A DNA stretch of 48,734 nt from an uncultured Candidatus Bathyarchaeia archaeon (lineage in GTDB: Archaea; Thermoproteota; Bathyarchaeia; TCS64): positions 1,559 to 50,292 of the forward strand of contig CAYUTB010000004.1 of the NCBI GenBank assembly GCA_964447425.1, given 5' to 3'. The position numbers and the translations under genes were made by a program. Of this stretch, positions 44,575 through 48,734 are shown one piece after another. The notes below the pieces were generated by a model. It made no database searches, was not told the DNA's origin, and was given only the letters and a program-made list of their open reading frames with translations. The stretch's first letter is position 1, and every line of letters starts with the position of its first letter.

Positions 44575-45398
44575 TGCTTGATTAAATCGTTGAAGGATTC
44601 CATTGCTCTTTGTATATTTGTGGGTTCAACTGTTACAATTCCAGCTTCCCATAATTTTCCAGCAACGGATTCACTATAGAGATTCATTGAGGAAGCACTC
44701 AGCACTTGGTTGTCGAGAATGAAGATTTTTGCGTGGACTGAGTCATTATAGTGAACCTCAATACTTGAATCATTCAATCTTTTATGATATTTTTCTTTAT
44801 CTCGAATTCTTTTTCCTGACCAATTGCTTTCTGTTTTTTGCGTAACAAGAACAACTTTAACTCCTTTTTCACTGGCTTGAATAAGACTATCACTAAATGC
44901 ACACGGTTCGACGTAAGGATTAACAACCAATATCTCGTTTCTAGTTCTGGGAATTAAATCACGTAAAAGCGAATCAAGCATGTCACCCTTGAGAAATAGA
45001 TGCGTGCTATTTTTCCCCATCGAGATATTCTTGAACTTAATCCATTCAAACATTCGCTCTCTCAAATAATTCTGATCTTTGAGGTTTTGTCTCTGAAGTA
45101 AGAGGCTCTGTAATCGCCCTTCCTCTTTTTTTTCCTCAGCCAATTCCTCAAGTTTTTCCTTTGCCCAATCTTCACCGAAATGTGCTTTGTATTTCAACCA
45201 AAGCTCGTATTCTACTTTGAAACCACCAGGTGCATCCTCTATTATATTTTGTTTTTCAAGTGCCTTGAGGATAGGTTTCAGTTGCTCGTTAGTAAAACCA
45301 AGATAATCTCGAATTTCACCCCATTGACGCAAGTTCTCTACTGAGATAGCTTGAATTATTTTTCCTTCAATGGTTCCAAGGTAGGGTAAGTTACTCAA
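44571..45398 (-). CDS. winged-HTH / coiled-coil / PLD-family (single HKD, Nuc-like) nuclease
   Basis: 275 aa. It has an N-terminal wHTH-like region (IIQAISVENLRQWGEIRDYLGFTNEQLKPILKALEKQNII), a charged linker, and an HxKx4D motif HAKIFILD (nt 44712-44735) followed by SASSMNL. Confidence 0.75.
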   Translation of the reverse strand: MSNLPYLGTIEGKIIQAISVENLRQWGEIRDYLGFTNEQLKPILKALEKQNIIEDAPGGFKVEYELWLKYKAHFGEDWAKEKLEELAEEKKEEGRLQSLLLQRQNLKDQNYLRERMFEWIKFKNISMGKNSTHLFLKGDMLDSLLRDLIPRTRNEILVVNPYVEPCAFSDSLIQASEKGVKVVLVTQKTESNWSGKRIRDKEKYHKRLNDSSIEVHYNDSVHAKIFILDNQVLSASSMNLYSESVAGKLWEAGIVTVEPTNIQRAMESFNDLIKQ

Positions 45399-45445
45399 AT
45401 TAATACATAAAACTCCAAATCGTTATAAAAATACGATGGATGATA

Positions 45446-45580
45446 CTAGGTACAAATCTTGTCAATGGCATCATCCAATACCAGCTGAGGCTGCATATAC
45501 TGCCTGATCACATAGGCATCGTATCCTGCTTTCTCATCTCTGCACTGAGCTGCCTCAACGGGACCAAAACCAAACACCAT
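45446..45580 (-). pseudogene. copy A of a repeated gene 3'-end fragment (44-47 codons still open)
   Basis: The minus-strand translation MVFGFGPVEAAQCRDEKAGYDAYVIRQYMQPQLVLDDAIDKICT* parallels the C-terminus of the ORF at 48505..48734. Confidence 0.7.
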
Positions 45581-45607
45581 AGCAAGTCCCTAATAAAAAT
45601 CTTCAAT

Positions 45608-46396
45608 TCATAGTATAAGCTCTAGCTCATTGAGAAATGTAGTAACTCTTACATATACATCATTACGGGTAGCTCCATTCGAGCCTATGAAACGTGCAGC
45701 TGATACACACCCATACCTCGTCGGCGAAGAAAAACCGCCTTTAATATTACGCAGTGCCTGTAGCACCCTTGAATTATCTTTGTCATCGCCAGTCAGATCA
45801 TTAAACAGTTTAGCAGCCTTCTGTGGAGAACCCATACAAAACCCAGAAACACTATAAATATCATAACTATCCTTATCCTTCAACCTACCCAAAGCATTCC
45901 CCTTCGTCGTCAAAACACCAACAATATCAGCTATATCAATCGAAAAAACCGCATCACCACCCAAAGGAAGACCCGCCTCCAAATCGTATTCAAAGAAATG
46001 ATCAAAAACAACAGAAATACCAGGAATCAAACATGCTCTAAGACTCTCCTGAATCTCCACCAGAAACCCTTGCTCTAGTGCAGGCTCAGGCTCTGTGAGT
46101 AAGTCCAAATGCAAAGGAAAAGTCCCGGACTTATCCATTGTATGTATTTTTCTTTCAAACCTAAAAGGGTTCTCCGTGATCTCATATCCAAGACCTTCCA
46201 CTATATCCTTAATATTCTCATACCGGGGAAGAATAGAAGGTCGTAAAACAAGATCAATGTCTATTGAGCCACAGTGATCATAATAGTTTTTAGTAAGAAA
46301 ATAGGGAGCCCATCCACCGACAAGAACAAATTCTCCCCGATAACTATTCAACGCCATACAAAGCTCCAGCAACGCCCCCTTTGACGCCTCAGTCAA
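45608..46396 (-). CDS. AbiEii/DUF1814-like nucleotidyltransferase toxin
   Basis: 262 aa with a minimal NTase motif in VLVGGWAPYF...GSIDIDLVL. It has a TTG start 4 nt after the AbiEi-like gene, the canonical AbiEi-AbiEii order. Confidence 0.65.
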   Translation of the reverse strand: MTEASKGALLELCMALNSYRGEFVLVGGWAPYFLTKNYYDHCGSIDIDLVLRPSILPRYENIKDIVEGLGYEITENPFRFERKIHTMDKSGTFPLHLDLLTEPEPALEQGFLVEIQESLRACLIPGISVVFDHFFEYDLEAGLPLGGDAVFSIDIADIVGVLTTKGNALGRLKDKDSYDIYSVSGFCMGSPQKAAKLFNDLTGDDKDNSRVLQALRNIKGGFSSPTRYGCVSAARFIGSNGATRNDVYVRVTTFLNELELIL

Positions 46397-46400
46397 ATTC

Positions 46401-47081
46401 CTATCGTACAGATTCAGCCACGCCTAAAAGATACTCACTCCACTGCTTCTTAATATCTTCTAGCAGATTCTCGGCAGCCTCAACTCCCCTAGCGGGGTAA
46501 TTTTTTAGATCAACGAATAACTGGACATCTGAAACAATCCTTAACCCATTAACAATCTGAGTCTTATAGAAGACCTCCTCATCATAAGGAAACACAAGCT
46601 TAACGTTTCCATCTTTCTCAACGGGTACTAAGTCCAGATCCACGACTACATTCTTCAAATCATTCTTATTCTTAACATACATCTCAACGGTTCTCGGTCG
46701 AACATTAGGAGAAACCAAAAACGCACCAGCAAGAGTAGTTAAAGCATACTCCACCTTAACGTTCCTAAGCTTGTTCAACACGTTCTCAATATCATTATCA
46801 TACGTGTAATAATCCATGAACTCGTTCGCAAACACATACTGATGATAACTAGCCCACCGCTCCAACAACCCAACAGGATTAACCAGTTCAAGCAACTCAG
46901 TCTCATCTCTAATAACATAACCCAAACTCAACAAAGAAGCAACAACAGCATGCGTATACCCCACACTAACATCAATCTCCTTCGCCAACGCACGGATACT
47001 CCATCCTTTACCCGGATTAGCCAAGAGACCTCTAAGTATCCGTGATGCCTTATGTTCAAAGATGTTGTTTACTTTCCGCAT
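46401..47081 (-). CDS. AbiEi-like wHTH antitoxin/transcriptional regulator
   Basis: It has the wHTH RILRGLLANPGKGWSIRALAKEIDVSVGYTHAVVASLLSLGYVIRDE plus a C-terminal domain. I use ATG 47081 (MRKVNNIF), which lies about 25 nt downstream of a TATATATA box. The ORF-track TTG start at 47138 runs into the operator palindrome. Confidence 0.65.
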   Translation of the reverse strand: MRKVNNIFEHKASRILRGLLANPGKGWSIRALAKEIDVSVGYTHAVVASLLSLGYVIRDETELLELVNPVGLLERWASYHQYVFANEFMDYYTYDNDIENVLNKLRNVKVEYALTTLAGAFLVSPNVRPRTVEMYVKNKNDLKNVVVDLDLVPVEKDGNVKLVFPYDEEVFYKTQIVNGLRIVSDVQLFVDLKNYPARGVEAAENLLEDIKKQWSEYLLGVAESVR

Positions 47082-47104
47082 CAACTGAAAACTGTTCGCT
47101 AAAG

Positions 47105-47157
47105 TATATATATGTTCGCGGTTTGCGAACGTTCGCAATTAGCGAACATATTTAAAC
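47105..47157. promoter_or_regulatory. four GTTCGC/GCGAAC half-sites (nested palindromes) flanked by TATA-like boxes: candidate AbiEi operator / divergent promoter
   Basis: The sequence is tatatatATGTTCGCggtTTGCGAACGTTCGCAAttaGCGAACATatttaaa. The half-sites lie at 47114-19, 47125-30, 47131-36 and 47142-47. The perfect 16-bp palindrome spans 47123-47138 and the outer arms span 47112-19/47142-49. TATATATA is on the left and ATATTTAAA on the right. Confidence 0.6.
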
Positions 47158-47269
47158 CACAGCAAACACACCCAAAAAATATGAATATTCAACTCCACAG
47201 ACTATCCCTAAAAGAGTTCAGGATCGAAACCCCTAAAAACATACACACACATACCCACACAGAGCAAAC

Positions 47270-47509
47270 ATGGGCACTAAAAACATCTCAATCTCAGAGG
47301 AAGCATACCAAAGACTAGCAGCCCTGAAACAACCAAACGAAAGCTTCACACAGGTAATAAACCGCCTCACAAAAAAACGATCAATACTAGAACTCGCAGG
47401 AACCCTCACAAACCAAGAAGCAGCCGAGATACAAGAAAACATCAAAAAACTACGCCAAGAAAGCACCAATAGAATCACAGCCACCATAAACGAAGTAGAA
47501 ACCCCATGA
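47270..47509 (+). CDS. vapB: archaeal VapB-type (DUF217-like) antitoxin
   Basis: 79 aa. The N-terminus MGTKNISISEEAYQRLAALKQPNESFTQVINRL matches the archaeal VapB family pattern. It overlaps vapC by ATGA. Confidence 0.8.
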   Translation: MGTKNISISEEAYQRLAALKQPNESFTQVINRLTKKRSILELAGTLTNQEAAEIQENIKKLRQESTNRITATINEVETP

Positions 47510-47898
47510 TAGCAGACACCACATTCATCATAGACCTAATGCGCAACAACCCCGACGCCATATCCAAGGCACAGGAAATAGAGAAAAACAACATACCACT
47601 CATCATCACAGCACCCACGTTATTCGAACTCAGCGTAGGCATATCTCTCAGCAAAAAATCCCAACAAGAAAAAAAACAGATACACGAAATCCTAGACACC
47701 CTACCCTTTCAACCACTGGACTACAAGTCATCTCAGGAAGCAGGCTACATCTATGGAGACAAACAGAAAAAAGGCAACAAGATTGACCCACAGGACGCAA
47801 TGATCGCCGGGATCGCTAGATCAAGCGGAGAAAAAATCCTGACAAGAAACACCAAACACTTCCAAGACATCGAAGGAGTCACCATAGAAACATACTAA
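47506..47898 (+). CDS. vapC: PIN-domain ribonuclease toxin VapC
   Basis: 130 aa with acidic PIN residues in IADTTFIID, TLFELS and DPQDAMIAGIA. Confidence 0.85.
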   Translation: MIADTTFIIDLMRNNPDAISKAQEIEKNNIPLIITAPTLFELSVGISLSKKSQQEKKQIHEILDTLPFQPLDYKSSQEAGYIYGDKQKKGNKIDPQDAMIAGIARSSGEKILTRNTKHFQDIEGVTIETY

Positions 47899-47949
47899 AC
47901 GATGCATAGAAAAGGAGTAAAAACTCCAAAGAATAGACAATAAAAAAGA

Positions 47950-48120
47950 TTAGGGAAAGACCTTGTCAATGGCATCATCCAGTACAAGTTTAGGTTGCAT
48001 ATACTGCCTGATCACATAAGCATCATAGCCAGCCTTCTCGTCCCTGTACTAAGCCGCAATAATGGGTAACCCAAGCACAACAGCTGGGGCACCGCTGTCA
48101 CCAATCAGGGGACCAACATA
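47950..48120 (-). pseudogene. copy B of the repeated gene 3'-end fragment (in-frame stop)
   Basis: The minus-strand translation ...GPLIGDSGAPAVVLGLPIIAA*YRDEKAGYDAYVIRQYMQPKLVLDDAIDKVFP* parallels 48505..48734. It carries a TAG where copy C has Gln and a one-codon deletion. Confidence 0.7.
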
Positions 48121-48230
48121 TCTATCAAAAGGGGCATTAATTCGATTCACCAATACAGGTGTTCGATTTTTACCAAACGTAAAACTACACATTTAATAAA
48201 CTGTAATACGCACGCAATACAAGACACAAC

Positions 48231-48440
48231 TTGAACACAATAAGCATACGTCTACCCGACAAACTCCTAGAAGAAATAGACAAACTAGTCACAGAAGGCA
48301 CCTACGCAAGCCGAACCGAAGCACTAAGAGACGCAGCGAGACAGATGCTACGAGCACAAAAAGGCATGCTACAGGGAAAACCCCCCCAGATACCCAAAGA
48401 CGAGATACTAAAAGAAACCCTCAAAGACCTAGATCCCTAG
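48231..48440 (+). CDS. CopG/RHH-family DNA-binding protein (orphan antitoxin-like)
   Basis: 69 aa with a TTG start. The sequence MNTISIRLPDKLLEEIDKLVTEGTYASRTEALRDAARQML is a canonical ribbon-helix-helix N-terminus. No partner toxin ORF is adjacent. Confidence 0.7.
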   Translation: MNTISIRLPDKLLEEIDKLVTEGTYASRTEALRDAARQMLRAQKGMLQGKPPQIPKDEILKETLKDLDP

Positions 48441-48504
48441 GATCAAAAACCCTCACACCAGTCCTACCAGCAGTGAAATAAAAGTATAATAAAAAAAATG
48501 TCAT

Positions 48505-48734
48505 CTAAGTACAGATCTTATCAATGGCGTCATCCAGCACAAGCTGAGGCTGCATATACTGCCTGATCACATATGCATCATAGCCTGCTTTCTCATCCCT
48601 GTACTGAGCAGCCTCAATTGGGCCTAATCCAAGAACAACTGCCGGGGCGTTGCTGTCACCGATCAAGGGACCCAGAGACCCAGTAGGAGTAGCAGTCAGT
48701 CCGTAATCTGTGATCACCTTGATACTGGGATACC
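48505..48734 (-). CDS. 3' end of an unidentified conserved gene running off the window (copy C, presumably the intact gene)
   Basis: The frame is open from the window edge to TAG (48505-48507). It translates to ...VITDYGLTATPTGSLGPLIGDSNAPAVVLGLGPIEAAQYRDEKAGYDAYVIRQYMQPQLVLDDAIDKICT. I cannot assign a family. Confidence 0.5.
   Translation of the reverse strand, partial: YPSIKVITDYGLTATPTGSLGPLIGDSNAPAVVLGLGPIEAAQYRDEKAGYDAYVIRQYMQPQLVLDDAIDKICT

Noticed and set aside
47241-47260. An AC-rich microsatellite-like stretch (atacacacacatacccacac) lies upstream of vapB.
   Set aside because: It is short and imperfect, and it fits the general A+C richness of this block. There is no evidence of a function or of a repeat array.
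1-48734. I searched by eye for CRISPR arrays, tRNA/rRNA genes, transposases and integrases.
   Set aside because: I saw no regularly spaced direct repeats and no tRNA-like acceptor/T-arm signatures. I also saw no DDE/serine/tyrosine recombinase-like ORFs. Absence by eye is weak evidence and should be confirmed with tRNAscan/Infernal/ISfinder-type tools.

Overview
This window looks like an archaeal chromosomal fragment. The evidence is AT-rich intergenic regions with TATA-like boxes, three Lrp/AsnC regulators, an ArsR/DUF1724-type regulator, a geranylgeranyl reductase, and the archaeal 'variant System I' cytochrome c maturation genes with a CxxxY CcmE. The lineage cannot be fixed from sequence alone; a Methanosarcinales/ANME-2d-like or Archaeoglobi-like origin is only a guess. 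About 3.9-41.4 kb is a dense respiratory and redox supercluster. It holds a MenA-like prenyltransferase and an 11-heme cytochrome c / 4Fe-4S / NrfD operon. It also holds isoprenoid and quinone tailoring genes (geranylgeranyl reductase, polyprenyl synthase, UbiE/MenG-like methyltransferase, B12-radical SAM) with an ArsA/Get3 ATPase among them, a group-3b-type [NiFe] hydrogenase (beta-gamma-delta-alpha), and NDH-2. Further along are ccmF plus ccmC-D-E-A-B, tatA/tatC, a Tat-signal split-Soret-type diheme cytochrome, and an 11-subunit complex I/Fpo-like operon that lacks NuoEFG. The cluster ends with an HdrE/HdrD-like (NarI + CCG) pair co-operonic with heme O synthase. From about 41.4 kb the composition changes, and 42.7-48.7 kb is an accessory toxin/defence island. 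The island contains an RHH / cysteine-less HNH / MazG-like NTP-pyrophosphatase cassette and a wHTH-PLD nuclease translationally coupled to a mini-HEPN protein. It also contains AbiEi/AbiEii with a four-half-site operator, VapBC and a lone RHH protein. These modules are interleaved with three diverged direct copies of the 3' end of one unidentified gene. The two uncharacterised nuclease cassettes are my best candidates for an undescribed system. I found no rRNA, tRNA, CRISPR array, integrase or transposase by eye.
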